This document shows, one piece after another, positions 1 through 14,003 of a stretch of 64,000 bases of DNA (its first letter is position 1; each line of letters opens with the position of its first letter). A program made the translations under genes and the position numbers. Under the pieces are notes generated by a model that was given only the letters and a program-made list of their open reading frames with translations, ran no database searches and was not told the DNA's origin. Source of the DNA: Eledone cirrhosa (lineage: Eukaryota); assembly GCA_964016885.1 (NCBI GenBank), contig OZ024756.1:16058001-16122000 (forward strand), read 5' to 3'.

Positions 1-794
1 AACTAATAATTTTTTTATTTGTAGTTGCAATCTGACTGGACTGGAAACCATCTACTACAATTCACTTACTCATTTGTTGTATATATTTTACCATTTATTA
101 ATAAATATATCCTCCAGCGTGGTCATGAAAACCCTCTTCCGGGGTCTCTAAGCTCACAAAGCAGAGGGGACATCAAGTTAGATATCAACATTTATTCTGT
201 CCATTTCATTAAAGGGAACATTGGAAAGCTTTGAAATGATATAATTGCCACTTTCTTCCAGATAAGAGCACTCTTGGGATAGACAGAGTTGCTCTTGTAT
301 AAATGTTCAAAATAGCTGGTATCGCCTGGTGGGAATATAACAAATTCAACTGGTCCTTATTCATAAAAAAGAACATTTATGTTCTTTTTTTTTAAATTTA
401 TATATTTCCTTTCAAGGAATGTATTTATACTCTCAGCTGCCTGCAATGGTATCTTTGGAATATTGTTAATCAATTTTTTAGTAATCTACTGATATCAAAA
501 TCAGTAGTATATTGAAAAATGGAAAAATAGAGTAGGGTGGCGTTTCGTGATTTTGAGGGACAAAAAGGGGCGTTTGGCCTAAATGGGTTGAGAACCTGTG
601 AAGTAGAGTATATGGGGTTATATGTGGAAGTGGGGGGGGGGGTGAGAAGAGGAGAAGTAAGGTGTATTGTCTATAATAACCTGTCCAAACCATGCCAGCA
701 TGGAACAGGTGGCTTTAAATAATGATATATATATATATATATATATATAGTGACGAAACATAAGTCAATTGCATGAACTCATAATCCTTTATTT

Positions 795-850
795 ACTGCT
801 ATATATATTTCGATGATAGCCATTGAATGGCTATGACCTCATCAGGCAGT
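795..850 (-). ncRNA. Minimal type I hammerhead ribozyme
   Basis: actgc-CTGATGA-ggtc atagcca ttcaa tggctat catc-GAAA-tatata-TA-gcagt; stems I and II pair. Confidence 0.8.
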
Positions 851-1917
851 TAGTCAGTTCTTAGATATGCCAGCTCTGTGTTTATAGTGTTGATGGTATC
901 AGAGCCTTGGGACATATGAGCTTGTTAGGCATAATTTAATGTTGTCAGCAGGAATAATCTTAATTCTCATTGGTCAGTTTGTAGATGCTAGTAGGGTTGG
1001 TATTTGACCTCAAAGAGGCAGGTGGTGTTGTAAAGTTCAAACCATCAGGCAGGATGACAATAGTTCCATATGACTGATTGAGGTTTATAGTATGAAATTC
1101 GATACTACAGGTCATTCTTAAATTGAGGAATTTATGTGGGGTGGTACTACTGAAAATTATGGTTAGAGTCGAATACTAGAAAGTTTACATATAAAAAGAC
1201 TTCTGTTAGTTGACTTGCACATACACTCACACCTACCCCCACAGACACACACACACATCTACACACACAAATCCATACAGGTGTGTATATATATGTATGT
1301 ACGCACAAGTGCATATATATATATACAACAGAGGCCCCCAAATCCAAGTATAAGGCAGACATAAAATTAGGTGAGTGTTATTTTTAAAGAAAAGTAAAGT
1401 GGGTGTTTGGAAAAGTTATTGTTTAGACTAGACAAAGGTAGAGTGTGATATATATCTTCACAGCAATAGCTTGGGGGCTTTGGAGCTTAGGTGAATCCCT
1501 TAGTACAGACATATATAGGTACACGCACCCACCCACACTTTTATACTTCTGGATGCGTGTGTATGTCTATATACACATGTGCACTCATACAAGAGAGCAT
1601 ATACAAATATACTCCTAAGCATACACTCGAACATTTTTCAAATGCAACCTGGGCTATTAGTATTTCGTTGCGTTCACATAAGTGTGTACATTCACGTAAT
1701 CCCAGTATACACACACAACGCACGGTTGCGGGCACTCATTCATGCGTATAGGGTTAGTGCCTCAGGATAATTCTTATATATATAAGCAAAGAGATATTTA
1801 ATTTGTTGGTTATTCAACAAATTTATTTATAACAGATTCAAAGCACTCTACAGGTTTTCTGGAGTATAATATCAATGATATTAATAAATGGAAACTATAT
1901 TTATAAAACCATATTTA

Positions 1918-1974
1918 TTTTATTATATATATTTCAAGGGTACCAAAATTTTGGTACGCACTCATCAGATAAAA
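1918..1974 (-). ncRNA. Minimal type I hammerhead ribozyme in a ~300-bp fold-back (about 1869-2176)
   Basis: ttttat-CTGATGA-gtgc gtaccaaaattttggtac cctt-GAAA-tatata-TA-ataaaa. The inverted partner arm has lost CTGATGA. Confidence 0.7.
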
Positions 1975-2195
1975 TACAAAATTTGTTTTATAAATGGTGA
2001 CATACTCAAGAAACCAGTCCTGAACTGATAAGGTCTGGTTTCTTGGGTATGTCACCATTTATAAAACAAATTTTGTATTTTATAGCGTACCAAAATTTTG
2101 GTACCCTTGAAATATATATAATAAAATAAATATGGTTTTATAAATATAGTTTCCATTTATTAATATCATTGATATATATATATATATATATATAT

Positions 2196-2720
2196 CACGG
2201 AGTAGGCAGACCCAGAAAAACCTGGGACGACTTGATAAATTCCGACCTCACACACTTACACCTCTACAAGACAATGTCTCTGGACCAAGATCTTTGGCGC
2301 TACACAGTAATACAGAAGACTCGCCTTACCTAAGTACAAAGTGAAACCTACTACAGTCAGTAGGCACCTCTAACAAAAATACACCCCTGTCCCACTACCC
2401 CCACCCCATCCACACCACCCCTTCCAATGTAAAGTTATGTTGGTACCACAACATCCAGACCGAAACAAATGAGGTCGTGTAGGTGTCACGACAAAAAAAA
2501 ACACACAGTCCACGCTGTAATGTGGCCGTGTAGGTAACACGGTAAAAACCTCCCAGTCCCACACTGTAAACGTGGTTGGTGCTAGGAAGGGCATCCAGCT
2601 GTAGAAAACCCGCCAGACAGTCCTATGTGAGCAAGACAACCACTCTTGCCTCAAGTGGGAAAACTCCCGTCCAAACCCCCATGCAAGCATGGAAGATGGA
2701 CGTTAAACGATGATGATGAT
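2196..2720 (+). mobile_element. RTE LINE 3' end
   Basis: GVGRPRKTWD.. plus the same UTR and (GAT)n tail as 41820-42343. Confidence 0.85.
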
Positions 2721-3860
2721 ACACAATCATACATATAGCTTCTGCTATCTGAGGGACCAAATCAGCTACGGAGCTGGCTGTGTAGAAAGCACAGTTGCAA
2801 GAGGAACAACGGGTTGAAATGGTCCAGGGAGCTGCTGTTGCTGTGTGGAATTGAATTCTGTATATCTCAGAACCAGGATAGCTGCTTTGAACTATTAAAG
2901 CAAAGGACTGTGACAACTCTTACCATCTTAAATTAGCTGAATCACAGCTTTTAACCCTTTAGCATTTAAACCAGCCATATACGGCCAGAATTCTCTCACC
3001 TCTTTCTGTTCAAACCGGCCACAACCAGCCACTCATACTGATGTTAAAGTATTGTTCTCAAATATAGATAATATCGAAATCTGATAGATTCAATATTATG
3101 TGATGTAAAGCCTTTACCATGAAAATACAATAGTATATATTGAGTAATATAAATGGCAAAAGGTTAAAAGTCAATAAACATCATGTATACGTAGCTGATC
3201 TCTCAGGCTTTTTCAAAGCTCTGAGGAGATAAAGTTAATTTAAGCTATTATATAATGTGGAAAGTTATATAAGGCTAAACAATGCAGAATGGACGATAAG
3301 ATGAAGGTAGCGAAAAATGTAGTTACCTGGTAATCTTTGTTTGTTTTTGTTGTTGTTGTTGTTTCTTTTGTCCTTAAAGGACAACAAAAAAAAACAAAGA
3401 TTACCAGGAAACTTACTTTTTTGTTACCTTCATCTTATCGTCCATTTTGCATAATATTTTGGGACTTTAAATTCTCTTCATCAGACTATGAGGAACTTAG
3501 AGAAAACTGTTATGGTTTCTTCTCTTTGGAAATAAATTTATATTTAAATTTTAAGAACCGTTTTCAAGTGTTTTGTTCATGATACACTTGAAACATCTCC
3601 ACACATGAGCCCACCACTCTTAATACTAACTTTATCCCCTCAGCACTTCGTAAAAGTTTGAGAGATCTGTTATGTATATATATATCATCATCATCATCAT
3701 GCACATGCACACGTGTGTGTATCATGACTCGTGCACTGTTCATTTTACTGATGTTTGTGCATTGCCCTATGTACTGTACATGCACTTTTTTGATGAGTTG
3801 TGGTGCACCTGGGCACTGTACACAATATTTCATTATTGTTATTATTATTATATCATGACT

Positions 3861-4050
3861 CGGTGGATTGGTAGTATCGGTAGAGGGTCGGACGCCATGC
3901 TTTCTAGCATAGTTACGTCCCTTTACGATCTGAGTTCAAATCCCGCCGAGGTTGACTTTGCCTTTCATCCTTACGGGGTCGATAAAATAAAGTACCAGTA
4001 AGGCACTGGGTAGTTGCTGGCCTTGTGCCTAAAGTAGAAACAATTATTAT
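3861..4050 (+). mobile_element. tRNA-derived SINE with CTTTCATCCTTACGGGGTCGATAAAAT core (resembles the Meta domain as recalled); many copies, e.g. 24140, 27087, 28384, 44830, 48618
   Basis: Box B GAGTTCAAATCC, recurring central core, (ATT)n tail; recurs more than 10 times in the window. Confidence 0.8.
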
Positions 4051-4259
4051 ATCATGACTCATACACTGCTCATTTTCCTGACATTTGTATATTATTCTAT
4101 GTACTATACATGCACCTTTGATGAGTTGTAGTGCACCTGAGCACTGTACACAATAATTTCATTATTATTATTATTATTATCATCATCGTTTAATGTCTAT
4201 CTTCCATGCTAGCATGGGTTTAGACGGATATATATATATGTAATGTTTTCCTATTTCAG

Positions 4260-4336
4260 AACCCCATGTGTTGCTGTTTCGTCGTCCTGTACCACTGCAT
4301 GAGAAGTCGCAACATGGAAACAAGTGTGGGAAGTAA
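4260..4336 (+). CDS. CKS1: Terminal coding exon of cyclin-dependent kinases regulatory subunit (CKS1/CKS2/Suc1 family); upstream exons not found in window
   Basis: Acceptor ttttcctatttcAG at 4258-4259. Phase-1 exon reads (E)PHVLLFRRPVPLHEKSQHGNKCGK* (TAA 4334-4336). EPH[IV]LLFRRP is the conserved C-terminal motif of CKS proteins. Confidence 0.8.
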
Positions 4337-4453
4337 ACCACTTACGGCAGAGAGAATTGATAGAATAAGGACAATATCCTCACATAGACTCACATTCTGA
4401 GAGATGTGAGTGGATGTAAAGGTGTTTGGTTGGCTACTTGGGCCACCATCTCG

Positions 4454-4493
<40 letters not shown>

Positions 4494-5736
4494 TACCACC
4501 ACCACCACCATCATCACCACCAACATCACCACTACCATCAACATCACCACCACCACCAACAACATCACCACCACCAACATCACCATCACCACCACCATCA
4601 CCAACATCACCACTACCACCAACAACATCACCACCACCACCAACAACATCACCACCACCACCAACAACACCACCACCACCATCACCAACATCACCACCAC
4701 CACCAACAACATCACCACCACCATCACCAACATCACCACTACCAACATCACCACTACCACCAACAACACCACCACCACCACCAACAACATCACCACCACC
4801 ACCAACAACACCACCACCACCACCAACATCACCACCACCACCAACAACATCACCACCAACATCACCACCAACATCACCACCAACATCACCACCACCACCA
4901 ACAACATCACCACCACCATCACCAACATCACCACTACCAACAACAACATCACCACCACCACCAACATCACCACCAACATCACCACCAACATCACCACCAC
5001 CACCACCAACATCACCACTACCACCAACAACATCACCACCACCATCACCAACATCACCACTACCAACAACATCACCACTACCAACAACATCACCACTACC
5101 ACCAACAACATCACCACCACCACCACCAACATCACCACTACCACCAACAACATCACCACCACCACCAACATCACCACCAACATCACCACCACCAACAACA
5201 ACACCAACACCAACCATAATATCACCACTACCACCAACATCACCACTACCACCATCACCACTACCACCATCACCACTACCACCAACCATAATATCACCAC
5301 TACCACCAACAACACCAACACCAACAACATCACCACCACCACCAACAACATCACCACTACCACCAACAACATCAACACTACCACCAACAACATCACCACC
5401 ACCACCACCAACATCACCACTACCACCAACAACATCACCACCACCACCAACATCACCACCAACATCACCACCACCAACAACAACACCAACACCAACCATA
5501 ATATCACCACTAACACCAACATCACCACTACCACCATCACCACTACCACCATCACCACTACCACCAACCATAATATCACCACTACCACCAACAACACCAA
5601 CACCAACAACATCACCACCACCACCAACAACATCACCACTACCACCAACAACATCAACACTACCACCAACAACATCAACACTACCACCAACAACATCACC
5701 ACCACCAACAACAACATCACCACCACCACCAACAAC
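4454..5736. repeat. Compound (CAT)/(CAC)/(CAA) trinucleotide tract
   Basis: Open in five frames as poly-H/P/T/V/G; low complexity with higher-order duplications. Confidence 0.95.
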
Positions 5737-6031
5737 AGCGGCAAGCTATAGTTGAATTTCTTTTCTCATTTTATTCTTTAAGATTGAGTTTATATTTTGT
5801 TTATTTGACAAAGCCTTTAGAGGATTGAATGAAATAGTTCTATATTTCTCTCTTGTTCTCTACATTCTCAGTTCAAATCATGCTGAGGTCAACTTTGCCT
5901 TTCATCCTTTCAGGTGTTGATAAATAAAGTATCAATTGAGGCTGGTGAATTAACAGAATTATTAAAAAGTCTAAAGGGATGCTTTGCAGTATCTGATCTG
6001 GCTCTGAATATTCTAATCCCACCTCCTCCTT

Positions 6032-6370
6032 CCAGCCAGATAGTGACTGACAGACAAGCTGTATCAGTCATGGAAACATTGTTTTCTTGTCTGATCTGAT
6101 GATCAGCTTCTTTCTTATGCCAGTTCTGACTGACAGATAATATCAACAATGGAAACATTGTTTTCTTGTCTGATCTGATGATCAGCTTCTTTCTTATGCC
6201 AGTTCTGACTGACAGATAATATCAACAATGGAAACATTGTTTCTTTGGTCTGATCTGATAATCAGCTCTTTTCTTATGCCAGGAAATATGACCGACAGAT
6301 AGTATTAGCAATGGAAAGACCAATGAAAACATTGTTTCCTTGATCTGATCTGACAACCAGCTCCTTTCCT
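6032..6370. repeat. ~81-bp tandem repeat (~4 units)
   Basis: ATGGAAACATTGTT..GTCTGATCTGATGATCAGCTTCTTTCTTATGCCAG recurs. Confidence 0.85.
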
Positions 6371-8130
6371 TTTTCTTTCTTTTTTTGGGATCTCAATTTG
6401 AAACAGAAAACATTTAAGATGGATTTATGTGGAATTGGATACTAACGACACCATTAAAATGTCTTCTTGTTATTCCATTTTATTTAATTTTCCAAATTAA
6501 AGTTCATTAACTTGAAGTGAAGACTCAATACACCTTTAATAAAAGTTTGTTAACAGTGAAGATTCAACACACCTTTAATTAAAGTTTGTTAATTTGAAGC
6601 TGTCAGTATTTTTATTGTTTTTCCTGGAGTTAATTCTCTTTAGTTGCAATATTTCAATATGTTCGACTATTTCAGGAGTTCAAACAATCAATATTTTTAA
6701 ATTGATCTTCATTGATTCTTATAAAAAAATATGATAAATAAATATGAAAAATGAAACAAGTCTCATGTCTTTTTATTTTTATAATGGTTTCAGTTATTAG
6801 ACACGGGCTTTTGTAACCTCAGTTCCCCCACCCCAGTAAATTCTATATAGCATTGGAGGTGCCACTGCAAAAAAGCACCCAGCACTCACTGTAAATGAGG
6901 TTGGTGTTAGGAAGGGCATCCAGCTGTAGAAATCAAGCCAGAATCAGTTCCCGTCCCACCCTTGCATGCAGGGAAAAGCGGACGTAAAATGACGATGATG
7001 ATGATGATGATGATTGGCCGAAAACGCAGTACCAGCTAAAAATATAACAGCCCCTTTAGACTCGAGAGATTTTTTATTATTTGTTACTATTTAATTTTTT
7101 TTATTATTTATTTATTTATTATCTTTTAATCTCAATTTATTAACCTTTTAATTTTATAAAGTCCCACTCTCAAATTCCCCCAGAATCCTTTTTTCACCTG
7201 CTTACTAACTAACCTAATTCGATATACACTCCTTAGAATTTGCTGTTCTACAGGCAAGTACAGCCACCCCCACCTACCACCAAGGAAGACTTAATTGTGT
7301 TTACAAGAAATTGTGACCAATCCTTTTGACAACTACAATCTTCCCATATAAGGAATTACCCGCAACAGGACAACCCGTCTAACCCATGCAAGCGTGGAAG
7401 AATGGACGTAAAACGGTGATGATGATGATGATATATACACACACACGGTGTCCCAGAAAATGTATACACACTTCAACAGCATTCTAATAAATATTGTCTG
7501 TACAGATAATCAAAGTGTGTATGCATACTTTTGGAACACCCTGTATATGTGTGTGTGTGTGTGCATACATATATGACAGCAACAATTGGCACCACCTTTT
7601 AGTTGGTGGACTATGGCTGAAAATGATGACATTGGTAATGATAACAAAAGGATTTTTAAAATAGGTGGGTTTTTATGTTATTTTTATTTATAATTTAGAC
7701 ACAGCAACTATTAGCAGAACTATAAACATTCATTTGTTTTATTAATGTTGAGATTTCCAGTGAATTAACCTTCAGAGCGCTGGAGGCGACAAAAGGCACC
7801 ATTGCGTAATCTCCCTTTAATAGATAATGCAGTGTCAAAGGGAAAAAACTCATAAAAATTACTAGCATGTTAAAGGTTAATTAAGTTACATAGTATAAAA
7901 CACAGCTAAAACAACAACAACTTCAAATAAAGTAAGAAATATTTCAAGAGAAACCTCATAGATGGGTTGGAAAGATCTGCAAATTTAATTATATTTGTAT
8001 CAAGTGTTTTAGGAATATCAGAAATATTGGGTCAAAGTGCATTGTTAAATAAAGATTCATGAAATTTTTTTGAAATTTAAAATTTGAATATAAAATTTTA
8101 CTATATCAAACACCGCATATATATAATATA

Positions 8131-8167
<37 letters not shown>

Positions 8168-9549
8168 CAGGAAGGAAAGACGATAAATTACTCTAACCAA
8201 AATGTTAATGTGTTTTTAAGATGTAAACGATTATGGGTTGTTTGTTTTTTTTTTTCTCACAGTTACAGAAACAATATAACAACTAGCTGCTAATAATTGA
8301 TCTAATAATTGTGTGCATGTGCATATATATATATATATATCTGTGTGTGTGTGTATGTATATGTATGTATATTATCACAATAGGCACAGAGCTTATTGGA
8401 GCTGGGGACCAGCAAAACACAAAGCCAACCGCGTCACTCTTTTTTCAAATTCTTTCAAAATACTTCTTCTTCTCTGGTATTCCCCTCCATAATTCCAGCT
8501 GAACAATTCAGGAATATATAGCAAAAGATGTGATCAAACCACAGCCATTAACCCAGAACCACAAATGGATTAGTTTTTTTTTGGCTGTCAAGAATAAGTG
8601 AATAGTTCTCAATGGATATTATTATATATGAATTCTGTAGAATACATTTATAGTGTGTTTGATGTGGGGTATTTTTGTTTTTGTTGTTTTTATTATAGTT
8701 ATTTTGTTTGATTGTTTCATAGTTGGATCCTTCCAGGCATAATCAATCTTGTTATCAACGTTGAAACAAAAAAAAACTGAAGAGAAAAAAGAAAAAAATA
8801 TATATATAACAAAGTGTTGTAGTTTGCTTGAAGCATTGTGGAATGAGAAATACAAAATTTCAGTAAGTTTAAATATTTGGAAGCCCAACAATGCATGCAA
8901 GATTAAAAGTGCCACATTAATAGGAGTTATAGAGAATGAAACATGGAGAAAAGAGTGAGGACGGTAGAATGTTACCTTAGCAATTTTATTGATCTCAAAT
9001 ATTTTTGGATTTAAAAATCCAAATATAAATACATTTGAAAATATTGTTGCCACTTTGCCTATAACTATAATAATAGTTAATAATGGTTTCTGATTTAGAC
9101 ACAAGGCAAAGACATTTTATTTGTGGGTGGGGGAGTCAATTACATGGATTCCAGTATGTGACTGGTACTTCATTTTATCCTAACAGCGGTAGGATTTGAA
9201 CTTAGAACATAAAGGGACGTAACTATATGCCACAAAGTATGTTGTCCGATACTGCCAATCCACCGCACATATAATAGTTGAACAAGTCAGATAAATTACC
9301 TCTGGAGGCAGAAAAAATTAAACAGACATGTCTGCAGAATGGTTAACCACACTCGTCTGGCATACCAGTTCCTGCACGTGTTTGAAATCAAGAAAGATCT
9401 GCTATAGGGGATGTTGATTAACAGAATGTAAAAGAAAGGTTTGACTGTGTATTTAAAACTTTAGAATTTAACCGGCCATATCCGGCCAGAATTCTCTCAC
9501 CTCTTTCTGTTCAAACTGGCAGTAACCAGTCGCTCATATTGATGTTAAG

Positions 9550-10750
9550 GTATTATTCTAAAAAAAAATAATATCAAAATCTCATAGATTCGATATTATG
9601 TGAGATAAAGCCTTGACTGTGAAAATACAAATGGAAATATCGAGTAATATAAATGCTAAAGGGTTAAGCTATTGTTTTCAAAATAAATAATATCAAAATC
9701 TCATAGATTTGATATTATGTGAGATAAAGCCTTTACTGTGAAAATACAAATGGAAATTTTGAGTAATGTAAATGCTAAAGGGTTAAGCTATTGTTTTCAA
9801 AATAAATAATATCAAAATCTCATAGATTTGATATTATGTGAGATAAAGCCTTTACTGTGAAAATACAAATGGAAATATCGAGTAATATAAATGCTAAAGG
9901 GTTAAGCTATTGTTTTCAAAATAAATAATATCAAAATCTCATAGATTTGATATTATGTGAGATAAAGCCTTTACTGTGAAAATACAAATGGAAATTTTGA
10001 GTAATGTAAATGCTAAAGGGTTAAGCTATTGTTTTCAAAATAAATAATATCAAAATCTCATAGATTTGATATTATGTGAGATAAAGCCTTTACTGTGAAA
10101 ATACAAATGGAAATATTGAGTAATATAAATGCTAAAGGGTTAAGCTATTGTTTTCAAAATAAATAATATCAAAATCTCATAGATTTGATATTATGTGAGA
10201 TAAAGCCTTTACTGTGAAAATACAAATGGAAATATCGAGTAATATAAATGCTAAAGGGTTAAGCTATTGTTTTCAAAATAAATAATATCAAAATCTCATA
10301 GATTTGATATTATGTGAGATAAAGCCTTTACTGTGAAAACACAAATGGAAATTTTGAGTAATGTAAATGCTAAAGGGTTAAGCTATTGTTTTCAAAATAA
10401 ATAATATCAAAATCTCATAGATTTGATATTATGTGAGATAAAGCCTTTACTGTGAAAATACAAATGGAAATTTTGAGTAATGTAAATGCTAAAGGGTTAA
10501 GCTATTGTTTTCAAAATAAATAATATAAAAGTCTCAATGTTTTGATATTATGTGAGATAAAGCCTTTACTGTGAAAATACAAATGGAAATTTTGAGTAAT
10601 GTAAATGCTAAAGGGTTAAGCTATTGTTTTCAAAATAAATAATATAAAAATCTCAATGATTTGATATTATGTGAGATAATTATATGAGATAAAGCCTTTA
10701 CTGTGAAATTACAATTGTATATAGAGAGAAATGTAAATGGTAAAGGGTTA
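9550..10750. repeat. 119-bp tandem array (~10 units) derived from the MITE A terminus
   Basis: GGGTTAAG recurs at 9661, 9780, 9899...; each unit ends AAATGCTAAAGGG-TTAA. Confidence 0.95.
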
Positions 10751-10776
10751 AAAAGAACAAAAAACAACTTACATAT

Positions 10777-10856
10777 TTAACTTTGCAACACAGAGTATAC
10801 CATGTGGACAGCTACTAGAAGTCCCAGCATCATATCCATTCTTGGTAAGCTGGATC
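10777..10856 (-). CDS. Single-Ig GPI-anchored protein, exon 4 (GPI-signal-like tail and stop)
   Basis: Acceptor ttttattgtAG, phase 1. (G)SSLPRMDMMLGLLVAVHMVYSVLQS* (TAA 10779-10777). Small residues NGSS, then spacer and hydrophobic C-terminus with no cytoplasmic tail. Donor GTAAGT 4 nt after the stop. Confidence 0.8.
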
Positions 10857-11057
10857 CTACAATAAAATGTTCAAAAATCAACTTTATCACTTTCAACTGA
10901 GTTAGACTTATCATTTATATCCATTTTTCTAAACCTGCATGAGTTGGACAAGGCCCAAAGCTTGTTACATATCTCATATAACTCTTATATTGTCTTACAT
11001 TTATTTTTCCATGCTTGGACAGAATGGAGGAAGCCCAGAGCTTAGCCGGTTTCAACT

Positions 11058-13582
11058 CATATCACATGTAGATGTAGTGTATTGTATTAGTATCACCTAG
11101 TAACTAGTTATACCACATGTAGCTATAGTGTATTGTATTAGTATCACCTAGTAACTAGTTATACCACATGTAGATATAGTGTATTGTATTAGTATCACCT
11201 AGTAACTAGTTATATCACATGTAGATGTAGTGTATTGTATTAGTATCACCTAGTAACTAGTTATACCACATGTAGATGTAGTGTATTGTATTAGTATCAC
11301 CCAGTAACTAGTTATACCACATGTAGATGTAGTGTATTGTACTAGTAACACCTAGTAACTAGTTATACCACATGTAGATGTAGTGTATTGTATTAGTATC
11401 ACCTAGTAACTAGTTATACCACATGTATATGTCGTGTATTATATTAGTATCACCTAGTAACTAGTGATACCACATGTAGATGTAGTGTATTGTATTAGTA
11501 TCACCTAGTAACTAGTTATACCACATGTAGATGTAGTGTATTGTATTAGTATCACCTAGTAACTAGTTATACCACATGTAAATGTAGTGTATTGTATTAG
11601 TATCACTTAGTAACTAGTTATACCACATGTAGATGTAGTGTATTGTATTAGTATCACCTAGTAACTAGTTATACCACATGTAGATGTAGTGTATTGTATT
11701 AGTATCACCTAGTAACTAGTTATACCACATGTAGATGTAGTGTATTGTATTAGTATCACCTAGTAACTAGTTATACCACATGTAAATGTAGTGTATTGTA
11801 TTAGTATCACTTAGTAACTAGTTATACCACATGTAGATGTAGTGTATTGTATTAGTATCACCTAGTAACTAGTTATACCACATGTAGATGTAGTGTATTG
11901 TATTAGTATCACCTAGTAACTAGTTATACCACATGTAGATGTAGTGTATTGTACTAGTATCACCTAGTAACTAGTTATACCACATGTAGATGTAGTGTAT
12001 TGTACTAGTATCACCTAGTAAGTAGTTATACCACATGTAGATGTAGTGTATTGTATTAGTATCACCTAGTAACTAGTTATACCACATGTAGATGTAGTGT
12101 ATTGTATTAGTATCACCTAGTAACTAGTTATACCACATGTAGATATAGTGTATTGTATTAGTATCACCTAGTAACTAGTTATACCACATGTAGATGTAGT
12201 GTATTGTATTAGTATCACCTAGTAACTAGTTATACCACATGTAGATGTAGTGTATTGTATTAGTATCACCTAGCAACTAGTTATACCACATGTAGATGTA
12301 GTGTATTGTATTAGTATCACCTAGTAACTAGTTATACCACATGCAGATGTAGTGTATTGTATTAGTATCACCTAGTAACTAGTGATACCACATGTAGATA
12401 TAGTGTATTGTATTAGTGTCACCTAGTAACTAGTTATACCACATGTAGATGTAGTGTATTGTATTAGTATCACCTAGTAACTAGTTATACCACATGTAGA
12501 TGTAGTGTATTGTATTAGTATCACCCAGTAACTAGTTATACCACATGTAGATGTAGTGTATTGTATTAGTATCACCTAGTAACTAGTTATACCACATGTA
12601 GATGTAGTGTATTGTATTAGTATCACCTAGTAACTAGTGATACCACATGTAGCTATAGTGTATTGTATTAGTATCACCCAGTAACTAGTTATACCACATG
12701 TAGCTATAGTGTATTGTATTATTATCACCCAGTAACTAGTTATACCACATGTAGATGTAGTGTATTGTATTAGTATCACCTAGTAACTAGTTATACCACA
12801 TGTAGATGTAGTGTATTGTATTATTATCACCCAGTAACTAGTTATACCACATGTAGATGTAGTGTATTGTATTAGTATCACCTAGTAACTAGTTATACCA
12901 CATGTAGATGTAGTGTATTGTATTATTATCACCCAGTAACTAGTTATACCACATGTAGATGTAGTGTATTGTATTATTATCACCCAGTAACTAGTTATAC
13001 CACATGTAGATGTAGTGTATTGTATTATTATCACCCAGTAACTAGTTATACCACATGTAGATGTAGTGTATTGTATTAGTATCACCTAGTAACTAGTTAT
13101 ACCACATGTAGATGTAGTGTATTGTATTAGTATCACCCAGTAACTAGTTATACCACATGTAGATGTAGTGTATTGTATTATTATCACCCAGTAACTAGTT
13201 ATACCACATGTAGATGTAGTGTATTGTATTAGTATCACTTAGTAACTAGTTATACCACATGTAGATGTAGTGTATTGTATTAGTATCACCTAGCAACTAG
13301 TTATACCACATGTAGATGTAGTGTATTGTATTAGTATCACCTAGTAACTAGTTATACCACATGCAGATGTAGTGTATTGTATTAGTATCACCTAGTAACT
13401 AGTTATACCACATGTAGATGTAGTGTATTGTATTAGTATCACCTAGTAACTAGTGATACCACATGTAGCTATAGTGTATTGTATTAGTATCACCCAGTAA
13501 CTAGTTATACCACATGTAGCTATAGTGTATTGTATTATTATCACCCAGTAACTAGTTATACCACATGTAGATGTAGTGTATT
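11058..13582. repeat. 51-bp minisatellite (~49 units)
   Basis: Unit ATACCACATGTAGATGTAGTGTATTGTATTAGTATCACCTAGTAACTAGTT. Confidence 0.97.
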
Positions 13583-13610
13583 TTAGAAGAAGAAGAACCT
13601 GTCTACTCAC

Positions 13611-13788
13611 CATTGACTTTCAGTGCCATTGGTCTTGATGTTTCTGGGCGTGGTGTCTTCTGTACAGTACACCTGTATAAGCCAGTGTCCCAGCCGCGGG
13701 GGATGGTCACATATAGAGTGGCCATGGAATTGCCAGCGGTGATGTGGGTGTTGATTAAATAGGCTCTCCGAGACATGTCGTTATCCAC
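13611..13788 (-). CDS. Single-Ig GPI-anchored protein, exon 3 (C-half of Ig domain)
   Basis: Acceptor ccttcaAG, phase 0. VDNDMSRRAYLINTHITAGNSMATLYVTIPRGWDTGLYRCTVQKTPRPETSRPMALKVN, donor GTGAGT phase 1. E-strand ATLYV and F-strand DxGxYxC (DTGLYRC). Confidence 0.9.
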
Positions 13789-13970
13789 CTTGAAGGAATG
13801 TTTACATCATTATCATTATTACCATCATCATCATCATCATCGTTGTCATCACCATCATCATCATCGTCACCACCATCATCATCATCATCATCACAATCAT
13901 CACCATAATCATCGCCATCATCATCAATCATCATCAACAACAACAACATCACAATCATCATCACCACCAT

Positions 13971-14003
<33 letters not shown>

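Noticed and set aside
25-364. ORF 25-234 after an AG acceptor-like site; possible upstream CKS1 exon
   Set aside because: No frame on either strand resembles CKS exon 2 (HVxLP..GWxHY) or any family I recognise.
4390-5755. Five overlapping 270-450 aa ORFs (Pro/Thr-, His-, Gly/Val-rich; mucin/extensin-like)
   Set aside because: Trinucleotide repeat open in nearly all frames, with no unique coding context or splice support.
11058-13582. Regular repeat arrays superficially like CRISPR (also 32613, 50740, 53285)
   Set aside because: Units are contiguous with no unique spacers, there are no cas genes, and the context is eukaryotic.
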